Source: Blastocladiella emersonii ATCC 22665
Lineage: Eukaryota; Fungi; Blastocladiomycota
DNA: 64,000 nt
Assembly: GCA_025594325.1 (NCBI GenBank)
Contig: JANHCV010000001.1
Location: 4,650,001 to 4,714,000 of the forward strand
Reading direction: 5' to 3'
The notes under the pieces are model-generated. The model had not been told where the DNA came from, searched no databases, and saw only the letters and a list, made by a program, of their open reading frames with translations. Below are positions 46,843 through 59,241 of the stretch, piece after piece; position 1 is the stretch's first letter; each line of letters begins with the position of its first letter. Made by a program: the position numbers and the translations under genes.

Positions 46843-48503
46843 CTAGTACTCGCGCTCCATCCCCTTCCCCGCGGCATACCGCGCCCAGTCCTCACCAAGC
46901 ACGACGCTGCGCAAGATTACGATCCCGCGGTGTCCAAAAATCGGGTGCGGGTCCGCCAACTTGGCCCTGGCCTCCGCGAGCGCAATCTCCTGCGTCGTCA
47001 TGCCCGACTGCTTCGCGGCCCGCAGCACGCGCAGCGTCGTGTGGAAGACGCCCTGGTCCCAGTCGTACCCGAGGTGCCGCTCGTGCGCGGGGTCCGACGG
47101 ACGGACGTAACCCGCGGCCTCGTCGGCGCACGCCACAATGCCCATGCGGTTCACCAGGAAGTCGGGCACGTACACGATGCCGCGTTGGGCGAGTAGGGGA
47201 GCGGTATGCTTGATGTCTACACAGTCCGGGTTGTGAGCGTGAGGACTCGGCAGAAGTCCCAAAAAGCGTACCCTGGAGCTGGTTGTTGGCCGCGCCACAC
47301 ACGACCTTGGCCTTGATCAGCGGGACCGTGGTCTCGTTCAGCCCGCCGCCCGTCGCGCACGGGCAGACGGCGTCGGCCTCGGGGAGCGCGAGGATCGCGT
47401 GGTCGCCGCGGTTCGCGAGCCGGATCTCGACGCGGTCTGCGGGGTACACGGTGCGGTCGACCCCGTCGACGTTGTGCGGGTTCGGGTCCGTGACGACGAC
47501 GCGCTTGACGCCCGCGAGATGAACGAGGTCGCGGACGAGGTTCTTGCCGACGTGCCCGAAGCCCTGCACCGCGACCGTCGCCTCCCGGAGCTTCAGCTTG
47601 CCCGCGGCTTGGCTCGCGTCACCCGGCGCCACGCCCTCCTGCTCCGCGAGAAACGCGAACGAGGCCTCGAGCCCACGCAGTACTCCGCGCGCGGTCGGGC
47701 CCGAGGGTTCGCCGGACCCGCCGAGCGACCGCGGGATGCACGTCGTGAACCGCGTGCGCGAGTACAGGTGCACCATGTCAAGGGCGCGCGTCCCGACGTC
47801 CTCGGCCGTCACGTAGCTCCCCTGCAGCTGGGTCATGAACTCGCCGTATTCCTCGAACACGACGCGCCGCGCCGCGGGCGAGGCGGTGGGGAGTAGGCCG
47901 GTGCCCGAGTTGCGCGCCATGACGCCTTTCCCGCCGCCGTGCAAGATCCCCGCGAGGGCGTTCTTCTGCGACATGCCGCGGCCCAGGCGCAGGCCGTCGC
48001 GGAGCATCTCCTCTACGCGCGCTCCGAGGTTAGCGGATCCGCCGCGAAGCAGCTTGTGAGGGGAAGCGCGTACCGACGCTCGCGTAGATACAGTTCCGCA
48101 CGCCGCCCGCGGCCGCGCCGCGCGTCGTGTTGTGGATCACGGCGCCCTATCCATCCCTCTTCCGTCAGTCGGCGCACTAGCACCACGCTCTGACCCTGCG
48201 TACCATGAGCGTCCGACTCTCGCGCCCAACCGCAATCACCACCGCCTCATGCCCATCCGCGTCGCCCCCCGCCTTCTCGTCCTCGATCAGCCAGTCGATG
48301 AGCGGCGCGACGACCGCGTGCGTCGCGTAGTAGGTGCCGTGGTCCGTGGCGCGCACGACAAAGGACGCGGGCAGGCCGGCGGGGGCCGGGTACGCGACGG
48401 TGGCGGCGAGGCGCGTCGGGACAAACGTCACGGCGGCCGCGTACACGCCGTGCGCGAGGAGATGGTCGACGAGAGCGGGCGGGTCCAGGGCGAGGAGGTC
48501 CAT
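46843..48503 (-). CDS. Glu/Leu/Phe/Val (ELFV) dehydrogenase, Leu/Phe/Val-dehydrogenase-like; introns
   Basis: AVIHNTTRGAAAGGVR, GMSQKNALAGILHGGGKGV, YVTAEDVGT, Rossmann VAVQGFGHVG, PCATGG, VCGAANNQL, YVPDFLVNRMG. Confidence 0.9.
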
Positions 48504-48736
48504 TGCAAGTTTGGTGGTTGGGGAGAGAGAGCGCGGGTCGGGTCGGGCGACGCGTTGATGAGGAGGGTCCCGGCGAGGGTGGAGATGACCGGATCAGAGG
48601 AATAATATGTATTTTTATCGTTCATTTGCGCAATTTTTTCGTCGTGTTTTTGTATCTTTTTTCCTTGTTGTTGGTGGGTGAGCAGGGCGGCGGTGGCCAT
48701 GGCCATGGTCACGACCAGCAACCGCGCGCGGTCACC

Positions 48737-51162
48737 TCACGTCGTGGACAGGGCGTCGCACAGCTCCTTGAACGCGTCGTTGACACAGCGCTTGAGCTCG
48801 GCGTACGAGACGATGAGGCAGTTCCGCTCGTCGGGCGACGTGAGCATGAGGAGTTCGGGGACGCCGACGTCGAGCTTGTTGAGGCACGTCACGACATGCC
48901 CGACGTCGACGATCGGGCGGCCGTACTGGTCGACCGGGTGGAACACGTAGTCGCGGAACAGCGTGATGAGGTACCGGTCGCCCGTCTCGGACCAGCGCGA
49001 CCCGAGGGCGAACTCGGTGCGGTCCGTGATGAAGTTGAGCTTCATCATGAGCCGCGCAAGGCGCCCGTTCTCGAGCTCGCGCGACAGCTCGTTCTCCATG
49101 CGGTCGACGTGCACGCGCACCGCGTCGAGCTCGAGCGCCATGTGCGGCCCGCACAGCGCAAAGATCTCGTCCGTCGACTTGGCCGGGTTCGGGTTCAGCA
49201 GGTAGTACACGACCCGCGTCAGCGCCGCCGAGTACCCCTTGAGCGTGTCCTGCACCTGCGACATGGTGTAGCTGCTGAGCGCCGACAGCTTGCCGTCGCC
49301 CGCCAGCACGATCAGCGCGTGCCCGAGGTGCAGGAAGTCCTGCTGCTGCACGCTGCTGTCGACGATCGTGTCGCCGGCCGTCGCCGCCGCGTTGCTCGCG
49401 ATGATGAAGTCGAGCGCGCCGACCGCGTTGATCCGCACGCGGTGCCGCTGCGACGGCGCAATGGCGCGCGCCGCGCGGCTCGACCCGCTCCCTGCGACCA
49501 CGGTCGGGACTGCCATGAGCACCTTGGACAGGCTGAAGGCGCGGATCGCCTGCCCCGCGGCGTGCACCGCGTGGATCGCCGACACCAGCTGCACAATGTA
49601 CGTCCACATCTGGCGCTCCGAGACGGGCCCGCCGACGGCGTTCGGGTTGTTCGCGGCCGCGGCAGCCGCAGCAGCAGCAGCGTTGGCGGAGGCTGCAGCC
49701 GCGGCGGCGGCCGCCGTGTTCTTGCCGCCGCTGCCGCGCTTGCCGCCCGAGCCGGCGTTCCCGTTGGCGTTCGAGGGCGACGACGAGTAGACCGAGGCCA
49801 TGGTGGCGGAGGACGGGAAGTAGTCGTAGACGAGGATCAGCGAGCTCTCGTTGCCGCCAAACGCCTTGGTGGTGAAGGCCTCGTGCAGGCGCACCACGTT
49901 CGGGTGGTGTACCTTGCGCCACGACTCGACGACCGAGCTCAGCAGCGACTCGTTGGGGAGGCGGTAGCCTAAGTCCATGGAGAATGTGAGCGATGCGTCG
50001 GGGTTTCGAGAACGAAGAAAAACGCACCGGCGATGCGGAGGAGAGCGTACACCTTGCCGTCCTCGGAGCTGGTCGCGCGATACCAGGCGCACGGGTAGCC
50101 AAAGTGGGTGCTGGGCTTGGGCGGCGAGGCGGGGTCGGCCGAGGGCTCGAGCGGGACGAGCGAGTGGAACTTGAGCAGCGAGGCCGGCAGCAGCTCGGCG
50201 TGCGCGGGCGCCGCGGGGCGGTACGCGTCCTCGGCGCGCTGCGTCAGCTCCTCGCGCAGGTGCTCGGCGACAAAGAAGTGGTGGACCGAGCGCTGCGCTT
50301 TGCCGCCGAGCGAGTAGGACACCTCGGGCTGCGCAAAGTAGTAGTGGTGGTCGAGCTACACACGCGAGGCAGGCGGGTGAGCACGAGTGGGAGGTGTGTC
50401 GGTGAATGCCAAAAGGTACCTGGGCGGGCTCCTGCGACGCGGTCGGGACCGAGAGGAGCATCGGGTAGTAGGCGCCGGGCGGGAGGCCGTACGCCGACTC
50501 GGGCCCGTCAAACTCCGAGTCGTACGCGTGGCCGTCGGCGGTGCCGGCCGCCGCGCCCGTGTTGAGCTCGGCGGGATCGACGTAGTCGCCCTCAACCGCG
50601 TCCTGCGAGGCAGCGAGACCGAGCGAGCCGACAGCGGCCGTGACCTCGTCGACGGCATCCCCGTTGCGGCGGGTGCGCGAGACGAGCGGCGAGCTCACGG
50701 TGCTCGAGGGCACGGAGCGGCTGCCCGAGGTAGCACCAGCAGCAGCACCGTTGGTGGCGGAGGCGGCGGGCTGGGCGCGCTCCTGCGAGGCGCTGCGGTA
50801 GTGCTCGTAGTGCTGCGCGGTGAAGACGCCCGGCGAGTAGGTGAGCGGGTTGTAGGAGGGCGAGTCGACGCGCAGCTGCTTGCGGTCGGGGCTGGCGACG
50901 GCCGAGGCCGGGTAGACGGACTAGCGGGAGGGGGATGGGATGACGGTGAGGCGAGGGCGCGCGGAACAAGGGCCGAGCGGGGCAGGGCAGGGAGTACACA
51001 CACCCCATCGTGGTTGAACGGGCAGCCGGTCGGCTCGTGCTTGCAGTAGCCGTACGAGATGACGTTGCGGCACTTGCGCGCGGCCGGGCCCGCAGCGGCG
51101 GCGGCCCCGGCGGTGGAAGTAGCGGGCGTGGTTGCGCCTGCGTGTGCACGCGCGCGGTTCAT
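48737..51162 (-). CDS. PAN3: PAN2-PAN3 deadenylase subunit Pan3; introns
   Basis: N-terminal CCCH finger (CRNVISYGYCKHEPTGCPFNH), pseudokinase region, and ELENGRLARLMMKLNFI...WSETGDRYLITLFRDYVFH. Confidence 0.95.
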
Positions 51163-52039
51163 TGCATGGTTTGTCGATTCATGATTCCATCATCGGGGAG
51201 ATCCATAGAAGACAGGGTCGGGTGCCCGTCAGTCTCCAGGAGGAAGGGGGCGGGGGTGGGCGGCGGCGTTGAGCACCTTTGGCGGGCGGTTTGTTCGGGT
51301 CGCTCATGCCAAGCGCGGGAGAGGGGGGAGGGCGGAGGTTCCTGGAGACGGTTGCAGGGTGTTTCCAGAGGTATGAGGGAGGAACATGCGTGTGGGTGGC
51401 ACAGCAGGGCGGGCAGGCAGGGGGCGGCGGAGGCGGCGGCCGCGCTCGCTCGCTGGCGGCTGCGCGTCGCCGTGCGAGGCAAATCGGGCGGGCTGAGCTG
51501 ACGGCGGTGGCAGCCCCGCCGCGTGCACATGAAATTCTCGCTCGAAACGCGTCGCGTTTTTGAGTTGCTGGGCCCGAGGCAGGCGCGCAGGCAAGCACGC
51601 AAGCGTTCCAGCGGCGATCAGGCCGGCCGGATCGAGATTGGCCCGGCCCGCGGATTAATCGCGGGCAGCGTTTCCCGCCGCCACAGGCAAGCGAGCGAAC
51701 AGGCATGGGAAGGCGGGCGCGCGGTGGGAACGTGCGCGGCGTCACGTCAGGAGGACGGGTTTTGCATCCCGTGGGCGCGTGGGCGCCGGTCGGTGCGACC
51801 AGCCGTGGGGACGGCCGCATCGCCCTCCTCGCTCTTGACGCGCAGGGAGGGAGAGGGAGTAGGCGAAACAGGTTGACCCGCGGCAGGCGCGCCCGCTCTC
51901 TCCCTGCCCCGGCCGCGCCAGCATCACTCGGCAAATCACTCTTCCAGCAACGGCACTCGGGCTCACTCTACGCCACGCACTCGCGCTCCCCTACTCGACC
52001 GCCGACCAACCCGACCCGACTGCATGCCGCTGGCCCGCC

Positions 52040-53913
52040 ATGGCCGGACCCGCGCCGCTGCACTTCCCGCCCTGGGCCGCGGCCTCATCGTCGTCGGCGT
52101 CCCTGGCCCGCGACGCTCGCCGGGCTACATCTCGCCCTCCGCTCGGCGCTGCGTGGAATGTCTACTACGGCCCGCCGCCGCGCGCGTGGATGCGCAGCGA
52201 CGTGCTGCCCACCAACGCAGACGCCGATGCCCACGAGGCGGCGTACGCGGCGGCGTGTCTCCCGCCCGTAACGGCTTCTCACGGCAACAACGGCAGGGCG
52301 GCGGGCTCGCCCACGGCGTCGGGGCTCGACCTGCTCGCCCTCGTGTCTGATCTCGGCGATGATGGCCTGCTCGAGCCCGTCCCCGACTGGGCCGCCGTCC
52401 CGCTGCACGCCCCCGCCGGTATCTCCACCACCGTGGCGTCGCCGCCGCGGCTCGCACCGCACCTGCAGAACTTCCACTACGGCCTCCTGACGCCCGCCTC
52501 GACGCCCAACGACCCGCCCACCGTCTGCATCTACTCGTCGTCCTCGTTCCCCGTGCACGATGCCGCCATCGTCGCCACGCTCGCTGTACCCGTTCCCGCC
52601 GCTGGCGGCGGCGCGGGCCAGACCGCGTGTAACCCGGCGCCGCACGACCCGGCGTCGTTCCTGTACCTCCCCGCGGACCAGCTCGTCCCCGCCGACCACC
52701 ACCACCACCACCACCACCACCAGTGGACGCCCGTCCAGTCGCCCGTACCGTCGTCTCGCTGGATCGGCGAGTACCATCACGTCGCGCCTGCCGACCTCGA
52801 CGCCCACGGCCGCGAGTACTCGGACGCTTACACCAACCGGCCGCTCTCGGTCCCGCCGACGACGACGACGCCGCGCCGCCACGTCCCGCGTCTCGAGGAG
52901 CAGGCCCTGCACGAGTTTGCCCTGTCGCCCGCCGTCCTGTGCTCGGCGTCGCCGCAACCACTGCCGCCCACGGCCCTCGCCACGCCGTCCTCGACGGCCT
53001 CGCCCACGGGCTTCGAGTCGCCGCCGCGCGTCGCGTGGCCGCACCTGGCTCCTGCGGCCCCGCTCGCGCTGCCGCTACCCCCACCACCGCGGCCTCGGCC
53101 ACGGCCCGTGCCCGCCCGCGCGCCGCTCCCGCGCTTCGCGTCGCCGACCCCGCTCGACCTCCTCGCGCGCACCGCCACCATGCTCCCGCCCGTCCTCCCG
53201 CCCTGGGTCTCGCGCATGGCCGCGCCGCCGCCGCAACCGTGCGCGCCCGCGCCCGTTCCGCTCGAGCCCACGGTCCCGGCAAGCAGCAGATACTTTGGCC
53301 CGCCGATCCCGCCCAAGTTCTTTGCGACCCTCGCCCGCCCCGCGGCGGCTACTCCGCCACCACCACCGCCGCCGCATTCGACGCCGCCGCTACCGGAAAT
53401 CGAGCCGTCGCCGCACCCACCCAAGACGTACGAGTGCACGCACTGCGACAAGACGTTTGCGCGCAAGTTCAACCTCGTGTCGCACATGCAGCGGCACACG
53501 ACCGGTACAGTTTCTTCTCCTCCTCCCGATCATCTCACGAATCACTGACACTGGCCCTCGCACGTAGTCAAACCGTACAAGTGCGCGCACTGCGACCGCG
53601 CCTTTGCGAGGAAACACGACTGCGTGCGGCACGAGCGCACACATAAGCGTGGTACGCGTCTTTCTTCATGGCCGTCGTGCATGGCCACGATCTCACGGTT
53701 TACCTGTCCAGCATAGCCCGACCCTTCTCGTGCCCGTTCTGCGAAGGGTTGTTCGCAAGGCACGACGCGCTCGCGCGGCACCTCCGCATCGAGGCGTCGC
53801 CCTGTGCGCAGCTCGCGCGGGCCGGCGGCGGCCATGGCCGCGACCTCGCGGGCGACGGCCGCGGTCACGGTGGCCATGGTCGCGCGAGCGAACTTGAGTC
53901 GCAGTCGCAGTAG
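52040..53913 (+). CDS. C2H2 zinc-finger transcription factor with three Crz1-like C-terminal fingers; two introns
   Basis: YECTHCDKTFARKFNLVSHMQRH, KPYKCAHCDRAFARKHDCVRHERTH, FSCPFCEGLFARHDALARH; long P/S/T-rich N-terminus. Confidence 0.88.
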
Positions 53914-53956
53914 CAGTTTTTCCACAACCAACCAACCATCAGCACAATACCTTCCG

Positions 53957-53988
53957 ATCCCATCCCATCCCATCCCATCCCATCCCAT
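53957..53988. repeat. (ATCCC)n pentanucleotide microsatellite, about 6 copies
   Basis: atcccatcccatcccatcccatcccatcccat, between two convergent genes. Confidence 0.9.
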
Positions 53989-54027
53989 GCCGTTCGATAC
54001 ATCTGCCCCATATTTATTCCACCCGAC

Positions 54028-56088
54028 TCACCCGCGCTTGGCTCCCCTGGCCGCCGCGGCCGCTCCCCGCCCACGAGGCGCCGCCGACCTTGCCCCAGCG
54101 CGTTTCGCCGCCTTACTCTCCGCCGCCGCGGCCGCGGTCGCCGACGCCGTGTTGAGCGCGGAATCGACCCACCGCGCGGCCTCGGCCGGCCCGCCGGGCG
54201 CCGGGCCCAGCAGCGTGCGGCCGACGACCAGGTCAATCAGCGCGGCGAGCGGGCGCGCGCGGATCTCGGCGGGCGTGATCGGTGGGACGGGGCCGGCGCG
54301 GACGGTTCCACTGGTGGTGGTGGAGGTTGGGGCGGGAACGGCGGTGGCGGGTGGTTGTTGCGCGGGAGCAGCAGCTGGAGCGGGGACTGGGACGGTCGGC
54401 GCCGGCGCTGGGTCCGCGGCCACGGCTGCCACCACCGGCTTACTCGCTGCCGTCGCGACAGGCACCGCCGCCGCCGCCTTCCGCTCCGCGGCAGCTTCGC
54501 GCAGATGCCTGAGGTACCGGACCCAGACCCCGACCCCGCGCGCGGTGCGCTGCCAGCGGCGGAGCAGACGGCGCGCGCGCAGCTGGGTGAAGGCGACGGC
54601 GTCGGCGAGGGCTTCGAGCCGTTGCCGGTCCGCGGCCGACGCGGACGTCGCGGTCGCTGAGGTCGGGTCGTGCAGCCAGTCGGGCGCGGCGGGTTGTGGT
54701 GAGGCGGAGGGGGGAGAAGGAGTGAGTGCGGCGAGGAGCGAGGGGCGGGTCAGGGTGCCGAGACGCGCGGGGTCGCTTGACGTGGCCTCGGTCATGGCGC
54801 ACAGCACGTCCTCGATGGTCTCGGCCGGGTCGTCGCTGCACAGCAGGAGGTCGATGAGCAGGACTAGCGAGTTCCACGGGAGCACGCCTACACTTACGAG
54901 ATCAGCGAGGATCCATCATTGCAAGCGTGAGCGCGTACCGATGAAGAAGACTCGGAGACACTGCTCCATACGGTCCGCCGACGCGCCCGCGTACGCCATC
55001 CCGGCAGCGCCCGCGAGATGGACGAGGTGCTGCCGCCGCGTACGCGTCGCGATCGACTCCAAAAGCCGCTCAAGGATGCGCGCGATGGCGCGGACCGCCG
55101 ACACGAGCTCGGCGACTGCGGCCGGGTCCTCGATCAGCGACAGCGGCTCGTCTTCCCTCTCCGCCGCCGTGGTCGGGAGCAGGACCGGGCCGAGCACCGC
55201 GCACAGCCGCGCGAGGAGACACTCGGGGCTGTTGCACGCGAACGCCGTGGCCCACAGGTCGGCGCCGAGCGGGAACACGTTTGCCGCACCGCGCGACCGC
55301 GATGTGGCGGCGGGTGGGAGCGTCGAGACCCACAGCGTCACGGCGAACAGGCGGTGGCACGCGGGCAGGTGCGCGGGCGCGAGGGACGCCGGGTACACGT
55401 CGCGCAGCGCGAGGTACACCTGCGTGAAGTGGGTCCCCGTGCGCCGCAGCCACGTCGCCACGTCCGACGCGCTCACGGGGAGCGAGGCGGAGACTGCGTC
55501 CCACGCGGCGAGCGAGGGTTCGGCGCTGCGGTCGGTTCGCACGGGGAGGACAGAGCGCCACAGGAGCGACCGGACCGCGGCGCCGTGCGTGCTCGTCGGG
55601 GTCGCCGCGAGCAGCTGTTTCTGCGCGACCGAGCACCGCAGGTCAGGCGGCAGCTGTGCAAGGAGCGCGTGCGCGGCGGCAAGGGCGAGCCTCTGGTGCT
55701 TCTACGGGTGAGGACTGGTGTGTTGGTCGGTGATCAGTCCGATCGCACTCCCAGCAAGGCAGCGACGCAAGCGTACCTCGTCGAGCGACATCTCGGCCTC
55801 GCTCGGCGCGGCGGGGGCGCCATGGGCCGCGTCGAACAGGACGCCGTCAACGTGCATCCGTGCGAGCGCCGCGAACCCGTCGGCGAAGCGCGTGCCCGCG
55901 AGGTCGAGGTACACGTCGCGCACCGGCAGCAGGATCGGCCCGCTCCCGAGGTTGCCGCGGCGGACCGACTCGGCGCGCTGCTGCAGGCTCCGCACCACGG
56001 CCTGCCACGGCGGCGACTCGGCGAGCGATGACAGGCACGCCTCGAGGCCTGGCAGTAGCGCGGCTTGCTGCTGGTTGGGGAGATTCAT
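54028..56088 (-). CDS. Hypothetical helical protein, about three introns
   Basis: Successive coding-like minus-strand ORFs 55702..56088, 54916..55542 and 54028..54885 separated by GT..AG segments. No family recognised. Confidence 0.6.
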
Positions 56089-56334
56089 GGTTGGTCGAGC
56101 TTTGGGGAGAGAGAGCGCGGTTCGGCAGCCTCGGAAGCGAGAGAAACGCGTCCCCGGCCGGCGACGCGTTTCGCACGTGTGGCGATCGGCCGCCGTGTCT
56201 CCGCCGCGCCGCGTGTTGGGGACCGCCGACGCACAAAGCCCGCTGCTCGGCCCGGATTCGGTCCTTTCTCTCCACGCACCCGCTTATCAAGCAATGTATA
56301 ATACTAGCTAGACCAACCGACACCATAAACCATC

Positions 56335-58827
56335 ATGCTCCACTTCCACCGCCACCTCGCCACCGCGAACCCAAGAGCCGCCGCTGCCGTCGCGCGGCGA
56401 TCGCTCAGCTCGCGGCGCCTGCCGTTCCTCTTCTCGCCGCACCTGGTCCCCGTGCAGGTGTGGGGCGCCAACACGGACGTCGGCAAGACCATCCTGTCGG
56501 CGGCCCTGTGCCGCGCCGCGTCTGAGACCAGCTCGCGCCCGGGCCCCGTGTGGTACCTCAAGCCGGTGCAGACCGGGTTCCCCGCCGACTCGGACGCCCG
56601 GCACGTCGCCGCACACGTCCCGCGGCTCGCGGGCGCCGAGGTCATCCACACGTTCCGCGACCCCGTGAGCCCGCACCGCGCGGCTGCCGACGAGGGCCGC
56701 GACGTCCCCGACGACCTGCTGCGCGCCGACACGGAGCGGTACCTCGCGCAGTTCTGGGACAAGGCCGTGCGCGAGGGCAAGCGCGGGTGGGCGTTTGTCG
56801 AGACGGCCGGCGGCGTGCTCAGCCCGTCGTGCACGGGCGCGCTGCAGGCCGACGCGTACCGGGCGCTGCGCCTGCCGGGCGTGCTGGTCGGCGACCCGAA
56901 GCTCGGCGGGATCGCCACGACGCTCGCGAGCGCCGAGGCCCTGTACGCGCGCGGGTACGACGTCGACGCCGTCGTCATGTTCGCCGGGTCGCACGCCAAC
57001 CACGACATGCTCGCGCGCCACCTCGGCGACCGCACCCCGGTCTTCACGCTTCCGCCGCCGCCGCCGCGCGCTGCCGAGGCTACGGAAGACCACCACGTGC
57101 TCGGCGAGTACTACGCGTCGATCGTGCACGAGCCCGCGATGCGCGACGCCGTCGCCGCGCTCGAGGACGCCCACGCGCGCCGCCGCAGCAACGCCGCGAC
57201 CCTCGCCGACCGCGCCCGCACCAAGATCTGGTACCCGTTCACCCAGCACACGGCGCTCGACTCGGGCGCCGCCCCGATCCAGGTCGTCGACTCGGCCTAC
57301 GCCGACGACTACCTCGTCGCCGCCCGCGTCCCGTCGCGCCGCGCCGAGGACGCGGGTTCGGCGAGTGCGCCGCACGAGCCCGAATTTGCCGGGCAGCGCC
57401 TGTTCGACGGGCCCGCGTCGTGGTGGACGCAGACGCTCGGCCACGGCAACCCGACCCTCGTCAAGGCGGCTGCTGCGGCCGCCGGCCGGTACGGCCACGT
57501 CATCTTCCCCGAGACGGCGCACGCGCCCGCCGTCGAGCTCGCCGAGCGGCTGCTCGAGCGCGTCGTGCCCGACTCGATGCGCGACAACGGCCGCGTCTTC
57601 TTCACCGACAACGGGAGTACGGCGACCGAGGTCGCCCTCAAGATGGCGCTGCACTGGACCCGCGTGCGCCTCAACGCCGATCCCAAGGCGGCGGCTGCCG
57701 CGCCCAAGAAGCTCAAGCTGCTCGGCACCATGGGCAGCTACCACGGCGACACCATGGGCGTCATGGACGCGTGCGCGCCCAGCGTCTACAACGCCACGGT
57801 CCCGTGGTACGACCCCAAGGGCCACTGGATCGACCCGCCCACGCTCGCGTGGTCGGCGGGGAAGCTCCAGGTCACGCTGCCGTGGGACAAGACGTCCGTC
57901 ACGCTCGCCGAGGGCACCAACGCGCACAAGACCGAGGCCCTGTTCGACGCCAAGCGGCTCGAGACCCCGCTCGCCGAGGTGTACGCCACGCAGATCCGCG
58001 CGTTCCTCGCGGCGCACGGCAGCGAGCTCGGCGCCGTGATGATCGAGCCCGTGATGCAGGGCGCCGGCGGCATGATGTGGATCGACCCGCTGTTCCACCG
58101 CGTGCTCGTGCGCGAGGTGCGGCGCGGCGACTGGAACCCGCACCGGCACGCGGCGTGGCAAGGCGACCTCCCCGTCATCTACGACGAGGTGTTCACGGGC
58201 ATGTGGCGGCTCGGCCCCGCGTCCGTCAGCCAGTGGCTCGAGTCGCCCGATATCGTGTGCTACGCCAAGTCCCTGACGGGCGGCATGATGCCCCTCGCCG
58301 TGACGTGCGCGACCGACGCCATCTTCCGCACCTTCCTCGGGCCCGACAAGGCGTCGGCGCTCCTCCACGGCCACTCGTACACGGCCAACCCGATCGCGTG
58401 CGCCGTCGCGGTCGCGACCCTTGACGCCATGGCCGAGACGGTCCCGCACTACGACCGCCACACCCACGCCGTCGCGAGCGTCTGGGACACGCCCGCCGGA
58501 AAGGCCCTTGTCGACCGCACCTCGCGCGTCCACGGCGTCCGCGGCGTTGTCGCCATGGGCACCGTGTTCGCCTTCGAGATCGCGGCGCCTGGGGCAACTG
58601 GCGGGTACAACGCCCAGGGACCCGTCGCGGACGCGGTCCGCCGCGTGCTCGCGGGTGCGCGCGCACGGGGCGTGTTCCTGCGCCCGCTCGGGAACGTCAT
58701 CTACCTCATGGCGTCCCACACGACGCCGCGCGAGGACGTGCTCGCGGCAGCGCAGGTCCTGGTCGAGGAGGTCGAGGCCGCGGCGCGCGTGCTTGTCGCG
58801 TCTCCTCAGAAGGCGCAGCAGGTGTGA
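56335..58827 (+). CDS. BIO3-BIO1: Bifunctional dethiobiotin synthetase / DAPA aminotransferase, intronless, probable mitochondrial presequence
   Basis: VWGANTDVGKT, YLKPVQTG, VETAGGVLSP, IWYPFTQH, DGPASWWTQTLGHG, YHGDTMG, IYDEVFTG, CYAKSLTGG, HGHSYTANP, LRPLGNVIY. Confidence 0.97.
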   Translation: MLHFHRHLATANPRAAAAVARRSLSSRRLPFLFSPHLVPVQVWGANTDVGKTILSAALCRAASETSSRPGPVWYLKPVQTGFPADSDARHVAAHVPRLAGAEVIHTFRDPVSPHRAAADEGRDVPDDLLRADTERYLAQFWDKAVREGKRGWAFVETAGGVLSPSCTGALQADAYRALRLPGVLVGDPKLGGIATTLASAEALYARGYDVDAVVMFAGSHANHDMLARHLGDRTPVFTLPPPPPRAAEATEDHHVLGEYYASIVHEPAMRDAVAALEDAHARRRSNAATLADRARTKIWYPFTQHTALDSGAAPIQVVDSAYADDYLVAARVPSRRAEDAGSASAPHEPEFAGQRLFDGPASWWTQTLGHGNPTLVKAAAAAAGRYGHVIFPETAHAPAVELAERLLERVVPDSMRDNGRVFFTDNGSTATEVALKMALHWTRVRLNADPKAAAAAPKKLKLLGTMGSYHGDTMGVMDACAPSVYNATVPWYDPKGHWIDPPTLAWSAGKLQVTLPWDKTSVTLAEGTNAHKTEALFDAKRLETPLAEVYATQIRAFLAAHGSELGAVMIEPVMQGAGGMMWIDPLFHRVLVREVRRGDWNPHRHAAWQGDLPVIYDEVFTGMWRLGPASVSQWLESPDIVCYAKSLTGGMMPLAVTCATDAIFRTFLGPDKASALLHGHSYTANPIACAVAVATLDAMAETVPHYDRHTHAVASVWDTPAGKALVDRTSRVHGVRGVVAMGTVFAFEIAAPGATGGYNAQGPVADAVRRVLAGARARGVFLRPLGNVIYLMASHTTPREDVLAAAQVLVEEVEAAARVLVASPQKAQQV

Positions 58828-59241
58828 AGAAGATTGGTTCAAGTAGACAATTTTTCTTGAAAATGATTCGCACGACATGCTACACTCGCTCCCCCGTCAA
58901 AGTAGCCCCATAGAGTTTCATGCCATGGGAAACTGCCTCGGAGATCGAGCGCATCAGGCTCGTACTCGCCGAGTACTGGCGAGTGATCTCCGTCGAGGTC
59001 CATGCCCGGCCCAGATACGCAGGCGGCCATCAGCCAACGCATCACACAGATCAAAGAGGCAAACGGCCAGAGCCTCGCGTTGTGCGGCAAGCTCGACGAA
59101 GCGCTGTTGCAGCAGCTGCTTCCAGGCCGGGCGACGGTCCATCTCGGGCTTCCGCCACTGCAAGGCTCAGCTGCTCTCACTGCCAGGTGCTGAATTTTGA
59201 CCGCAGATTGAACGGTTTTTCATGATTATGTATTGAGCTGG

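Noticed and set aside
56308-58878. 856-aa minus-strand ORF (also 48503..49972, 53804..55711, 2608..3861)
   Set aside because: Exactly overlap identified genes on the other strand and contain no recognisable motifs.
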